Shown here: positions 23,201 to 37,476 of the stretch, piece after piece
Layout: each line of letters opens with the position of its first letter
How positions within the stretch are numbered: position 1 is the first letter of the stretch
NCBI GenBank assembly: GCA_046563655.1
Contig: CM102286.1
Span: forward strand, 1,302,001 to 1,366,000
Reading direction: 5' to 3'
DNA length: 64,000 nucleotides
From: Yuukianura sp. NJ FZ-2021
Taxonomy: Eukaryota
Notes under the pieces: model-generated
What the model was told of the DNA's origin: nothing
Database searches by the model: none
The model's input: only the letters and a program-made list of their open reading frames with translations
Translations under genes and position numbers: made by a program

Positions 23201-26200
23201 TGAAGTTGACAAAAGACTTCCGGCGCAACAGGACTTCAAGAGGTATAATTTGCATCAAATTTTCAAAAATTTTGGCGCTCTAGTTTAAATGAGAGCAGGC
23301 TTTTGAGTGGAAAGTGGAGGGAATATTTAAAATGCTCCACTCCCTTTGAGTTGTTGAGTAAAGCGTATCACTTTTCACAGTGGGAGACTCCTGCTGAAGC
23401 AACACAAACTTAAATTCAAAATTTTATTTTTGAACAATTTAAAAATCAAATTCAATTGAAATTTTGAATTTTAATCACCTTGAATTATTACCTAGCAGCC
23501 TCATGATTTCCAAATTTAAAAAGTTTTTCAAGGGCCCCGCTGTTCTTCTGTAAAACCAAAAACTGCCGGTTTTGTTCAATTTCAGCATGTAAATTTTCTT
23601 GCACAAATTTTTTTGAAATTCTAGCTCTTATATTCCAAACAGTTTTGTTTAAAAAAAAACATAAAAACAGGGGAGAATTTTTTTTTTTTGGCAATTGCGA
23701 TCAATGTCAGTGTCCTTTGACCTTTTCAATTTTTTGAACCCTGTAATGTACACTTATGCTTTCCAACTTTTTAGTTCTGTACAATTTTACAAAAAGGCTT
23801 TTGTCATTTTTTTGAAAATAGTCTGATAATAGGCTGTAATGGATCCGGCTTCAATTCAAAATCTCCCGGGAGAACAAAAGTGCCCGCTCAAAATTCAAAA
23901 GTGGACCTTTGGAAAAGTGTCTCTACGGGGCCCTTCACAACCCAAAGGGGTCCTTAAATAAACTTTAGAACTTGATCCTAAACTGACTAATGATGAGGAG
24001 AAATGGAGAGGTCAGAGGTTAATCTCAACTTGAAATTGAAACCGACGCTTTTGTTCCTACCGGACTCTATTATTTTCGTCTTTTCTTTCAAAAAGAGAGG
24101 GAAGTTTCAAAAATGATCCAAAATACTGCTGTAATTTTACACCCAGCATTTACTGTCCGTTGTTCCTCCGCTCATGCGCACTGATTTTTCATTTTTTTGG
24201 AGGCGGATGTTTACTCATAAGATTCAAAAGAACGGAAACCGCACAGAGGTTATGTCTTGGGTGTCACCGTCTTAAGATTTTTGGAAAAAGGAATTTGGCG
24301 GTAAATTTTGAATTTGAAAAATACGAAGCATAAACATAATCTTTGGATTTTGTTTTTATCATGGGTGATTGTTCTGTCTGTGATGATGGTATTGCATGTC
24401 CAGAAGAAATTTGAGGAATTGAAAATGTTCGGTAGGAAAGATGATCAATCACAAAAATTTTGAACAAAGACATTTTGACCACAATAAGTTTATGGAATCC
24501 ATTCATTTTCGAAATCAAATCAGTTCAAAGTTTGCCGCTCCTTTGGTTTTGCTCAATCATCGCTTCCAGCAACCAATCACCATGCTCGAGACAGTTCCAA
24601 TTTTTCTTACCAATGCGAACAATTGAATTCTCATTTAAAGTAAATCACGCTCCACTAAAATAAAATGAATGTCTCTACTTCCTCAAGCACAAAAAAAAAC
24701 TCTTTCTTTCCAAAAAAAATTTATTGCATACTTTTTCCATTTTGAATTTTTTCCCACACTCATCATAAAGCATTGACCTAAAACTAAAAAAAATTTGATA
24801 CAAATACTGCCAAAATTGAAGCAAAATTGCAAAAAAAAAGAGTTTATATTAGTGACATGTTGTAAATCCGTTTGGTTTAACTGTTTAGCAGGAGCGGGAT
24901 TTTTGAATTTCAAAAACGAAATTAGCAAATGAAATTTTTGAAATTTCACTCTGATGGGGATTAGTAATTGACTTTGGTAGTTTCAATTTCTTTTGGTGAT
25001 AATTTGGTTGTTAGCAACTCAGTGTAAAAATCGAATCAGTTAATGAATCATTGATTGACATGGATGAGACACTTGCATGGAAGGAAACGAGTTTTAGTCT
25101 GTTGGGATTTCAAGGGGAGGGAAAATTCAAAAAAATGAACTTTTTCAGTAGTTTGAAGAAAGGATGAAAGATGAGAAGAGAGAAGCGAGAATCAAATCAT
25201 TCGACTGGAAAATATTGAGCAAACGAAAAAATTTTTTTTTCGATGAACAGCAGCAGGGAGATGAAGTAGTCAAGGCATAAATAAATGAACACGCTACGCT
25301 CGCTTCAACTTTTTTTTTGAAAAAGAGCGCCTAGGCTTCGAACTGAAAACAAAAGAAATTTTTCATTCTGTTTTTTTCACGGTGCGACGCTGTCTAAAAC
25401 GCCGCACCCTTGATGCAGAGGTGGTAGCCCGCAGGTAAACCTGCGCAGGTTGCAGGCCAACCTGCAGCACGTGCAGGCGGGCTCAACCTGCGGTGGATTT
25501 TTGCAGGCTGCAGGCGTGCAGGTTTTTATTTGGAAATGTTGCAGGCGGGCGGGTTCGGCCTGCAATGCTCTGCAGGCGCCTGCAGGAGCCTGCATTTCGC
25601 CTGCAGGCTGCGGGTTGTGATTTTTTGAGAGTTTATTCTCAGAAACTTCAAGAAAAGACAGAAACGAATAGAAAAATTACTTTGGAACGTTGAAGAATTA
25701 AAGTCAATGGAACTATGCAAAGTTTTTGCTGCACATTAGTTGCACTATAGGGCCTTTAAACAATAAATAATGAATCCGGAGGCAGAAATATGGTTAAGTA
25801 AAGTTGGCGTTACACTTGCCCGTGTAGGCAACGCAAGATTTGACAGTATAACTTTTGAGGATTTTTTTATGTGCAAGGATCCAGAATTTTTAAAAGTTAA
25901 ACAAACCAAAAGTAAGGTAGCAGTGTCGTAAAACAATTTATTACTAGGAATTTTTCTCCCTACGTGTTTGGAAAGGACAACCGACAGATAATCGAGGGTG
26001 ATTGAGTAATTGCCATTATACGCAAACGAATTTACGCAGTAGTTGTAAGTGTATATTAAAATTTTCGTAGATTACAGTTCGTATAAAAAAATTGCAGGCT
26101 AACTGCAGGCAGCCTGCGCAGGCTGCAGGCTGGCCTGCCGAAGAGCCTTGCAGGTGCAGGCGTGCAGGCTGCCGATTTTCGATAATTTTGCAGGCTGCAG

Positions 26201-29200
26201 GCGTGCAGGCTAAAAATTCCTGCAGTGCAGGCGGGGCAGGTTGGGGAAAATAGTTGCAGGCTACCACCTCTGCCTTGATGCTCCTAATCCCCTGAGAAAC
26301 AAAAAATTGAAGCTTAAGTAGAACCTCATCAAGACGTTATTAAAGTGTCAATGCCTCCATTTCAAAAACTTCAAAAAAATTGAAATTTTTGAAAAACCGT
26401 TTTTATTTCATATTTTAAAATCAATGCTGATTTTTGACAGCTCCAGACTTGTTTTCTTAAATGTTACGAATATCTTTCTTTCTTGAGGTGACAATTTGAG
26501 TTCATTTGGTTTCAGGGTTCTTTGTACCCTTGAGCATGGCCATGGATTTGCGCAGACGCAGATTATGTTTGAGTTTATCCATTTGAGCATGTACATCTTC
26601 AAAGTCACTTGACTTGTCACGAGAATCTGCCAAGTTGAGGCCAAGGTCAGGCCAAACTGGTCGCTCAGATTTCAGGTTTTGGATGAAATCGGGCCAATCC
26701 GATTTCGGAATTTTTTCACCTTGGTATTTTTGTTGCTCCAGTCGAATTGCATCGTTGATCACAAATTGACGATCTTCTTTGAGACTGTTCCGTATGTGCC
26801 GTCGATTGAGCCGAATCAAGTTCCGGTGCATGTCATGACGTTGACGCACGTCATCTTGACGTCTGACGTCTTGACGACAGAGACTTGCGGTGAAGTCATG
26901 GATGACCCGAGTGTACTTTTTCTAAAACCAAACCACTGTTAGATTTAGAGGTCAATGACCTTTGACCTTTGCTCTTGACTTACGTCATGAGTGACCTTCG
27001 AGGTCAACTTTTGCTTTGGCTTTGCTTCAACTGCTGGTTTCGGAACGTTCATAAGTTTAGCTTCTGCTTCGACATTCAAAGCATACGTTTGAAGAAGGCG
27101 CTTAATTTTATCCTGTGGCGGGGACAATTTTTTGTTCAAATAGTCACAGACGAGTTGCTTTCTTAAAAAATTCAAAAAAGTTAAAATTCGGAGAACAGAA
27201 TTTTGAAAAAAAAATTGTTAATTTTGAAACTACTGGCGTTGAAGCTGTTCAAGTTGCCGTTGTTCCAGTTTTTCATTTTTTGCAACTCCTACATCTCCAG
27301 CCATTTTTGAATCACCTTCTGTAAGGTACAGTTGGTAGCCAAAAGGCCCTTTGTAGCTGTCCAACCGTTTTACAGGAAATTTGTCAGCTAAAAAGTGACA
27401 ACAAGCCATAATGGCCACAAGCAATTTTGCCCACAAGTAATTTTGGCCAACTTCTTTATCTACCGGGAGTCAGTTTGGCCATTGTTTCACCAATGTTGAC
27501 CAAGTCTTGAGCTTTTGAGTCCGATAGTACAATGTTTTGCAACGGCAAAACAGGCGGGTACATTCCCCGCATGTTGGCTTCTTTTGCTCCACTACACTCG
27601 TCATAGTGACGATGAATGTCACCCAAGGAACAGTCAGTGGAGCAATACTGACAAAAAGTTGTTAGTTTTGGACATGTGACTCTCTGGAATTTGAAATTTT
27701 CGGAAATTTTGAACCGAAAAACTGGAATTTTTGAATTTGGAATGAAATTTTTTGTACCTCGTGATGTGACAGCAGAAATTTGTCAATCTTAAGCCCACAC
27801 GCTTTACATTGAGCAATTGTGTGAAATTCTCGATTGTGATTGGCTTCTTCCTCTAATCGAATTGACCGTCGACAACTGTTGCAGCGATACCAAATCCGAA
27901 GTCCTTTTACTTTCGAGCCTTTTCGTATCGCCGTTTCGACATCGGCCGAAACTCGTCCGTAAATCAGCGAACTTCAAAAAAATTCGTTTTTCAAAATTTT
28001 GGCTTTGAGTTTCAAAATTTTGAATTAGCTTACCCTCCTGGATGACAAGTTTCGACATTTGGCTCTGCTGTCACTTCTTGTTTCACATTCAGCGACGACA
28101 TTTTACGAGACTTTTTTAGAAATCCGTACGAACGCGTCTTTACATAAAAAATGGAGCTAAAGTTTAAAATGAGAAGATTTTGTTTTCAATATTTTCATTT
28201 CCGTTGCCAACAACAACTGAAGTGTCGAGAATTTTTTGACACTTTTCCAAAAAATTAATTTGGGCTAATTTGTATTTTTTTTAAAATTGAAAGACAGACT
28301 TTTCAAAAATTAAAAGTCAAATTTGTTCAAATGAATTTGTTCTGAAAACAATTAACCACTTTATGAAAAAAGTTCTTTCGTAATAAAATTAATTTTCCTA
28401 TTGTTCTTTTTCCCACTTGTCAAAAAAAAAGTTTTCAAATCTTGTCAACGACTTAACCAGAGCAGAACATCACTTTTTTATTTCTTTGTTTCCCCCTCTC
28501 TCCTCTACCATCGATTTGAATTCATCCAATTTCAAATTTACCCGCTCAACCTCCCCTCTGTTGTTTGCTTTCGTTTTCTAATTCTACAAAAATAAAATTT
28601 GAACTAATATAATTACGCTACAGTCCCATTTTCCTTGTTCTGTTTCAATAGTCGTAGCATTTCTGTTCAAACTACCCGGGTTTTTCACTTTTCCCGCCAC
28701 ACAACACAGGAAAATCGGATTGGGCTGTTGACACCCAGGCACAATGACTTTGATTCCAGTTTATTCTTAATCCGATAACCAGTTAATCAGTGCGTACAAA
28801 ACATTCATCATACACACAAAGAGTTTCTGTTTTCAAATCCTGCGCCACAACCGTTACGATTCAAATTTCCCAAACAAAATTTTTCAGTCATTAAATGCAG
28901 TTTGACAAAAAACATACAAAGAAAAGTTAAACAAAAATTAGGCCCGTTTTGAAAAAGTTGACAATTTTTTGAGTTAAGCCTCTGACACACTGGAGCGTCG
29001 TTTGTAAAAAAAAATTAATTCACTTTAGAGCCTAATCTGAAAATCTTTTTAGCAAATTGGTTCACCACGAACATTCGGATTACAATTGTTAGGCTAACAA
29101 ATGAAACAAAGCAGAATGTGTCACTGGGTCATCATTCTTCACAGCTATAGCCAGCATTCGGTATGGTTGAAACAAAGTTATGCATGAGTTGCATAATCTG

Positions 29201-31692
29201 GTTACATGATGTACATGTGCATGATGTTCCTGGAAGTTATGTTGAGTGCGTTTTATGTTTGAATTTTCCGTCTCATCATAGTCTTTGTGATTCATGACTG
29301 TGGATTGTGGATTATGGATTGTGGAGTGTGTGAAGATGATGAATGTGTTTAGTGAGATACAAGTTCGTTACTGGAAAAGAGAGTCCTTGGGTCTTTGTGC
29401 TACTCAATTGAACAAATATTGTTCCACACTGTTGTATTTTTGTTGCTTCAAGAGGGTGGTACATGTACAGTATGGTTCATAAAGTTATGTTACTGTCACC
29501 CTTTGTTATTTAATCAAAAGAAACACTTCATGTCTAACATGAGCTGTCCAGAGTGGCTTCCGCTTCCTCTATTAAGTTAAAAAGTGGTGGCGCTGTTCAT
29601 CCGGTGTGAGTGTGGCTTAAAAGCACTATCTACCTACTACAATGTTTACTTTTTTTTTCTTCGAAATTTGCCAATATTACTAAAAATGCGGTAAATTCAA
29701 AATTTTGAAGTTCTTTTGTCCAATATCTCCCAGTATGATTGACAAAACCTGCCAAGATAAACCGTGCGAGGTGGTACGATGCGCGGACAAAGTGTTTCGG
29801 TAAACATTGAATTTATAATTTTGGACTCAACGCGCTCTTTTGTTTACTTTCTTTGCAAAAACAATTAGGAAAGTGTCGAAGTGTGTACGAATCGATCACA
29901 CTTTTGTGTGTATTTCCAGGTAGCAAAATTTACAAAGCCTAGCAGAAGCGGGAAATTTCAAAATACAAAACTTACTTCTTTCATTATTGTCAAAAATTTT
30001 TTGTTTTCAATTTGAAGAAAACAGTTTTTGTAGTATAAATTTCATAAAAATTGTTGATTACTAATTAATTTACAGTAAGTCACGAAAGTCCATATCGGTT
30101 GCTACAATGACAATGCAATTTTCTAGACTCCTGCACCACCACTTTTCTTCCACTATGTATTGTTGTGTATATTTTTGTATTGATGAAGGATCAGTAGCAT
30201 TTCCAAAGCTTTTGAATCGTATACATGATGATTAAGTTTGTAATGTCAGTTTTTAGTGGAGTTTGATACATATGGAGAGGAGGCGGGTGTTTTTGAATTT
30301 CCTTTGTTAGACTTTTGGCTTAGTAATGATGAAAATATTGGCTAATATTAGGCTCCAAAGTACAGGATAAGAATGATGATGATGAAGCAGTTGAAGACTT
30401 AAGGGCCCCTTCATTATTATTTACTGCCCCACCAGATCAACAAAACACAACAAAATTTCAAAAAATCCCGCGCTTCCTCTTTCCTACAATACTTCCCTCT
30501 GTTCGTTTTAAGTTCCTGTTCAAAAACTATTTTTTTGAAAAATGGAACTGCCATGAAGGAGATCCAATTTCATGAAGCGGGGTCCCTTAAGGCCCTCTTT
30601 GTTTTGTACCAAAGGGGACCCTTGAATCCTGCCATGTCAAAGGTTAAATCGGCCATGGTCTTTGTTGTTGTTGTCGTCACTAAAGCCTAGGAAGGTTAGG
30701 TTTGTTAGGCTCACGGAGCACAACTCTTCTTGGTGATGGACAAAGTGTGTTAGGTACCATATTGAAGTATGGTGAAGTTGAGGCTGTTCCTGGAAGGGAG
30801 ATCAAAGGATAATAAAGTTTCTGAATAGAATTTCCAAAACCAACAGTTTTAACGACTCATTGCCTCTAATAGAATGAACAACTATTTGTTCATGCACGCC
30901 TGCGCATATCTTACCAGTTAGCACTAACTCGCTAATGCATGCCTAACTTTTCAAATTAGGATGCAATTCAGTTAACTAGGTTCGAAAATTAAATTAAAGT
31001 TGGCATAGTTGAGAAAAAAAGTGGCGCACTTTAAAAAAAAAAGTGCTGAAATTGGTGCCGTCTGAAAAAAAAATGTGTTAAGGGTGGCGCACAACTGAAT
31101 TTTTACGACGTAGGGCCAGTAAACTTCGATCTTTTTTGACAATTTTTTTTAAAATGTTATTTTTTTTTTCAGATTGCAGCATCATTTGGGTCACGGGAAG
31201 CGAACCGAGTCAACAAACTCCGACGACGGACAAGACAGTCCACCGAGGTCACCCGCTCTGAGTGACGACTCCTCCATGTCCGAACTCAGTCTGGGGACCA
31301 ACAGCCCCCCACCCACTTCCGCCCACTCACAATCATCACCCACCAACAACCCACCACTCCACGCCTTCACTTCTCTCGCCAACATGCCCTTCGGGGGACC
31401 CACCATCCCCATCCCCGTGGCATCTCTCCCCCTCTCCCTCCCCATCCCACCACCTCTCACAGGCCCCACACCCGCTCATGTGGGTACCCTACCCGCCCTC
31501 CCCCCTCATCATCACTCCCACCATCACTTGCCCCACCACCCCAACCTTTTCCCCACCCTCGCATCTCTCCATGGATTCACCTCTGCAATGTCTCTTGGCC
31601 ATTTAGGAAAAGGAGGGTTTTTCAATATGCCACTGGAACTGCATCGTCCGTTTCTCCAGAAAGCGTCTCCAGACAGAACTGGATCGTCATGA
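20273..31692 (+). CDS. Optix: Six3/6-class homeobox protein (Optix)
   Basis: Exons 20273-20414, 20500-21487 and 31173-31692 join in frame. SIX domain ([21 protein letters not shown]) and homeodomain with the Six3/6-diagnostic QKTH and WFKNRRQR; Pro/His-rich last exon. Alternative start ATG at 20727. Confidence 0.93.
25416..26272. mobile_element. hAT-like MITE in the optix intron
   Basis: TIR CAGAGGTGGTAGCC / GGCTACCACCTCTG; 8-bp TSD CCTTGATG at 25408-25415 and 26273-26280; dense subterminal tgcagg repeats. Confidence 0.9.
26502..28101 (-). CDS. TRAF-type zinc-finger protein (XAF1/TRAFD1-like N-terminus), nested antisense in the optix intron
   Basis: About six exons join in frame: MSSLNVKQE...; [76 protein letters not shown]...; ends ...KNPETK* at 26502. 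Confidence 0.65.
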
Positions 31693-34084
31693 ACGTCAAA
31701 AAATGACGCCGTCAATAACGTCAAAAAATCACGCCGTTTAAGACGTCAAAAAATAGTGTCGTCAAGGACGTCATGCCGCAATCTTTACGTCACTGGGTCG
31801 CTACAGATCATTTTTTGTCGGACTTAAGCAAAGCAAGTGTGAAAAAAATAGCTAAAAGTTAGCAGTCGCTTAAGTGTGCAATATTTCCTAAAAAAGTATT
31901 AAGTGATTCAAATTTAATTCACGCATAATTAACTCAAGTTAATAAACTAAATCCTGTAACTCTTCAAGTTCAATTAAAAAGTAACACCAGAATCAACAAT
32001 TTCCAGTTTCGTTTTCGGAAAAAGTAGTTTTTCTGTTGTTTTTTTTTTAGCGGTGCACAACTCTAGTACTTTGGCACTCTGTATTTCGTTATCGTCGTAA
32101 TCTTTTCCACCTACTTTGTTGTTCAAAAGGAAACCATTTTCTGGGCAGCAGGATTTTGCGTGGAGGGAAATTTGAAAAAGCGAGGTGTGAAATTAAGTGC
32201 TGCTCGGTTGTAGTGGTTTGGGTGTTAAGGCTCCACTCCAAACCACTTTTGGATTATTTAGAGAGAGAGAACAAAACCATTACATGACCAAAGATTTGAT
32301 CAGATTGAGACCGAGGGAAAATGGATACGGGAGGGAGATTTAAACTTTGGGTAAAAGAAAGTAACGCGGGAAAATGGATTTTGAATTTGAACTTTTAAAC
32401 ACGAGACGACGAAAGAAGAGGAAACAACAGAGAAAACTTGGCTAATCCTAATGCCAAACTAAGGATTTTAGATTTGGACCCAACTCTCATTGTAATAGCT
32501 TTTCCAAATTCGGTTTTCAAAATTTCCCGCGGGATTTCAAACAGAGTTAACGTTAAGCATGACACAAACACACACTATACATGTAGTACTGACAAACCGA
32601 TTTGGGCATAGAAAAAAAATTGTGGGCCAAAATTTGATATCAAAGTGGGGGATAAATCGCAATTTTGAAAATTTTCCGGCGTTTCAAAATTTGATTTAGT
32701 CTACCTCAATAGTTTATGCCTATAAATCATAATAGAGGCGGATATTGGTTGCTTTGATGCAAATTTTTTGAAATTTTTTTCGACATTTTTTTTTTTGAAA
32801 ACGGGATCAGTTTGAGGTATTATTTTGAAAGTTCCAGAGGACCAATATCCTAAGCCCCGTTTTCAATGGACTCCTAATCCAGGAGGCTCTGCCCAAAGGA
32901 GTCCATTTAAATTCCATAAATTTCAGCGCGCTTTTTGTTCCTTTTTTGAATCGTCCATTATGCCAAGGAGCTTATTGGCTTTGAACTTCTTTTAAACACT
33001 ATGGAAATGGGGCATAGCTAAAAACCTTACCTTCAACCAAGCCGTTCTGTATCACTGCATAAAACGTATTTCAAAAAGACTTATTGTGAAAAGTGACACC
33101 GGATTTAGTTAAACCCCGTCACACTTTCACACCTGTACACAATAGCACCAAAAGGAAACTTTTCAAAAAAAAAATTCAAAATTTCGAACTCCAATTCATT
33201 ACCACAAACATACAGTATACGAGAAACCCTTCGGTTGCGGTTGATAGAAACCTAACTCAACAATATCCGCTGAATCATAGGTGAACAACAAGAGCTTCAG
33301 AGCAGTTTAATATTTTTGAAGACAATTTTGTCAACAGCAATTGTGTCAACACCATTATCATGAAAATTTTGGGTTCATCGTAATCCGTAATAATAAATAT
33401 CATTCATTTTTAAGAATTACTTGATTTGTTTAGCTTTGGTTAACGAAGTTGTTGTTGACTGTTTTGTCGTTTTTTGTTAGGTATGGGGGAGGCTAACCAT
33501 AAAAAGGCTGTTTTTAATCACGTTCTAAAAGAAGTGAAGTCTAGTTCAGTGATTGATGTCTAAGATTAGTGGTTAGAAACCAGTTGTGCCGTGGGTGGGG
33601 ACGGAGGCGGGAGAAACGAAAAACTAATGGAAGAAATCAAATATCCGCGCTCTCTTGAGCACATTTTCTGATTGACACCTCCAGTTTCAAAATCAGACAA
33701 AAGAACATAGGCTCCTAATCAGTTCCTAACTGGAGACAATGCATCTCCACATCCACACTATGTATTGACTCACTTTTACTATAGGCATAAAACTTTAATA
33801 TGAACGAGATGTATAGATAAATCCGAAAACACTTTTCCCTTTGGCCGCATAGTTACTCCCTCCACTCTCCTCATCCTTCGAATCTTCCCTCTCCGGCGCT
33901 TAATCCTCTGTTGATGTACATCCTTCTGTCTATTTAATGGAACTTTTATTTCTAAGCTTCTTAGTTTCACTGAATCAAAAATTATGTGCAGTCCCATTCG
34001 AATCCTGCGTCAAAAAAATCAATTGCACCAAAGTTTATTTTCATATCCTGCTCACAGTTTCAGCAATTCCGCAGAATCCGGAAT

Positions 34085-34335
34085 TCCGCCGATTTTCAAT
34101 AAAGTTTTACCGGTTTGGGACCAAATCCCACGGAATTCTATGGATTTTTATCGATCTGGGACCGAATTCTACGGAATTCTATTGAATTTTACGGTTTGGG
34201 GCCGAATTCAACTGAATTCTATGGATTTTTATCGATCTGGGACCGAATTCTACGGAATTCTATTGATTTTTACAGTTTGGGGCCGAATTCTACTGAATTC
34301 CATGAATTTTTACCGGTTTGGGGCCGAATTCTGCC
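34085..34335. repeat. Minisatellite, ~39-bp units rich in GAATTC
   Basis: Alternating units such as ggaattctatggatttttatcgatctgggaccgaattctac and ggaattctattgaattttacggtttggggccgaattc; about 6 copies, probably a transposon subterminal remnant. Confidence 0.8.
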
Positions 34336-37300
34336 AAAATTTGAAAATGGCGCGTTTTGAGTAGGAATTTGAGTCTGCTGGCTTATAGGCTTAAGGGCGG
34401 GCGAGGTGTTTGGAGGAAGGTGGTAAGAATGGTGACTTTGTGTGGGGATAATGGAGTGGAAAGGCTCAGAGAGACTTATGTCCGAAGCATAATGGGAAGT
34501 TATTAGGCTAGGATGAAAATGCTCTTACCCGAAAAAAAAGAGAGGGAAATAAGAACTTGGTGAGAAGTATATTTGTCAGATGCGTGTCAACATCAACAGG
34601 GATTTAGGGAGGGAAGTGACAGGAGGGGAGGCTAAAGGGGGTGCGGGTGGTGGGGGCAAAAACGAAAAAATATAACAAAAAGCGTCAAATTTTGAAAACA
34701 AAAAACCATTTTTTTCTCTGTTTCTCTCAGCCAATTTCTCTTTTTCTTTCAAAAAATTCGCACTTTTAAACAAAACTAGTAATTTGCAGTGTGGCTCCCT
34801 AGCGGCTGCGCCGAGAATCCAAAAAAGTGTATGACTCTAATCGTGAAAATTTCAAAAATGACAAAACGCGGGAAAACTTACCTTGTGAGCATTTATAAGG
34901 TGTAAATGGTTGTTGATGTGTTCGTGCCGTTGAAGGAAAAGTATCAAATGGCTTGTGGGCTCTTCTCGAGTGAGTCCCAAGTGTCAACATTGACAGCGTT
35001 ATTTGCTTCTTCCCAGAAGCCATAATGACTCCTATTCAACCCTGCGATGAATGAAAAAGTGTTGGACACTTTCAATACAACACAAAACCTAAATGGATTT
35101 TGATGGACATGGGTTGTAGAAAGTGTCCAGCTGAAGAACAATGGGATTCACACCTCCCTCCAAGCAGTTTCTGTCACTTTCTAGAATGGACTTTGGTCAA
35201 AGTGGACAAGGAAGTCATCATTGGTTACAAATTGGTCACAAATAGAATTTCGAAAAAAAAGTTTCAAAATTTTGGAAAAATTTTGACAATTGGATATATG
35301 AGAAGCTGGACAGGTGGGAGTGGGTACACATGTCACTTATTAATCACCGCAACCGCTACTTTTCCTATTTTTATTCACAATGCAACCGTACAATTTTGTT
35401 GTCAACCTCATTCAAACTTTGCCACTCAAAAAATTCTAACCAAACTTCACACCAACTAATCAAAAAACATCAAAATTTTAACATATTTTGATAAATTTTA
35501 GCTTGTTTTTTAGTTAGCATACTAATGTAAAATTACACTTGTTTGTCCGTCCGTTTTCTTTTTTAAAAAAAAATAAAAAACAATGAGGAGAGTTTGTCAA
35601 AAGTGAAAAAAAAATTGAAAACAGGCGGAAGGAAATGAATTGCGTAAAATTTTGAGAAGAATTGGATCCAATTACTCAACAACATTCACAGTAGGTTTCC
35701 GTCATTCACAAATGCAATTTAATTTGCAAATTTCAAAAAAAGAGAATGAAAAAATGCCAAGCTGAGATTTCATATCCGTAATTATTTTTTTCTGCATAGT
35801 ACAAATTAAAATGTTGAATGCACAATGTTCACACCTCTTCAGAGTAGTTACTGAGCAGTAATTAAGCCCATTCTGTCGAGTACTCAATTAATCTTTTCAA
35901 TTCACACTTCCACTGCTCAACCTAATCAACACCATGCACAGTCTACATGCAAAGTCAAATTAGTTTTGATTGTTGCAATTTGTCAACAACATTTCATAAC
36001 AGTTGGGCGTACAGTTAAAGTTTTCTGCAGTGTTGAAATCCATTTCGGTACTTTATCATTGCGTAGCAACCGGCACAGACTGTTACACTGTGTATTGTGT
36101 ATCAACCGACGCAGACTGTAGACTGTTAGACTGCTTACTGTGTACAGTGGTTTCATCGTGATCTAATTTGTGTGTATCCCAGTTTGAGTTATTGTGAAAC
36201 TGTAATTTGAAATGAACGATTGGAATCTTCAGCCTTTTGATATCTGAATTCAAACATTTCCCCAAAATTTTGCCCGCGGCAAATTTGAAACAAAAAAGAG
36301 AGGAATTTCAATGTCTCTATTTGTACCTGTTTGAAACTAGCGCTGACAGATGAGATATTTTTACTTTAGGATTTTAGTCTTTGCGTTTGCGTGTGCCGCT
36401 CTAAATTTGAAATTTGAAAAATGAAAGTTTGACATAATTGGTCATAAGTCGGGTGTTTACTGAGGTTACTGTTCACATTTTTGACAGTTTGGCTCAAGGC
36501 GCAGGCTTTCTGAACGTTGACTTGACATGAATAACTTCAATTAAGCATCTCAATGTAAGACATGTCCTTAGTTGAAAGTAAAGAACAACACTACTTCTAT
36601 TTTCAAGAGCGTTGTAAATAATTTTTTTTAAATTCTAATAAAAAATTCTAAAACCCCGCGGATTTGATTACATTTAGGGAGATCACGAGATCAGAGTTCA
36701 GTTTTGGTTTGTTTTCAAAATATTTGGAAGATTATCTCTTGTGTTAGGCTCATCTGCCGTTATGGATCGTTGGTTTCAAAAAGGTGTCATCAAAATTCAG
36801 TTTGACATGAAGAGGAACGCACGCATGCGCATTGAAGCACACATAAACTTGCCGCTTACATTTGAAACATAACGGATAAATTTAAGATACATTACAATTT
36901 TTTTATGTTTGAGTTTGGTTTTCAAAACTTTGTCTACTGTCACTCAGCCTAAGAATTTGTGAAATGAACAATTAAATGAAGTTTGTGCTCCTTGAATTGA
37001 GCATGTTCCATTTCGTGCGTGCACATATCTAGCTAACCTCCTGAGGATTGTGGAGTTGATGAGGTGTGAAACGAGGGTGTCGTAAAATGAAAGGCTTCAA
37101 GTGGAGAGGATAAGTGTGTCTTCGTGTTGTCATTTGTCAAACCAACTCCCTTCTGGTAGCCATCATTTTCAAAAAGAATTGTTTAAAAGGCTTTCCCGCC
37201 TTCCCAAAATCCAAGTGGTAACCTAATGAGGCATGAAAAAAGTTAAGCTTAGGCCGGCCATTTGAGTAAGTCCACCTCCTCATTTGTAAAACACAAAAAA

Positions 37301-37370
37301 CATTAAGTTTTGGTTCTAAAAGTAACTCAACTGCAATTAGTTTTTGACCAACCAGATCAATGACCTCGAA

Positions 37371-37476
37371 AATGAGTTGTGCGCAGCCAATTCATAATCA
37401 AATGAGTTGTGCGCAGCCAATTCATAATCAAATGAGTTGTGCGCAGCCAATTCATAATCAAGTGAGTTGTGCGCAG
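37371..37476. repeat. 30-bp tandem repeat, ~3.5 copies
   Basis: aatgagttgtgcgcagccaattcataatca repeated at 37371, 37401, 37431 and partially 37461. Confidence 0.9.
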
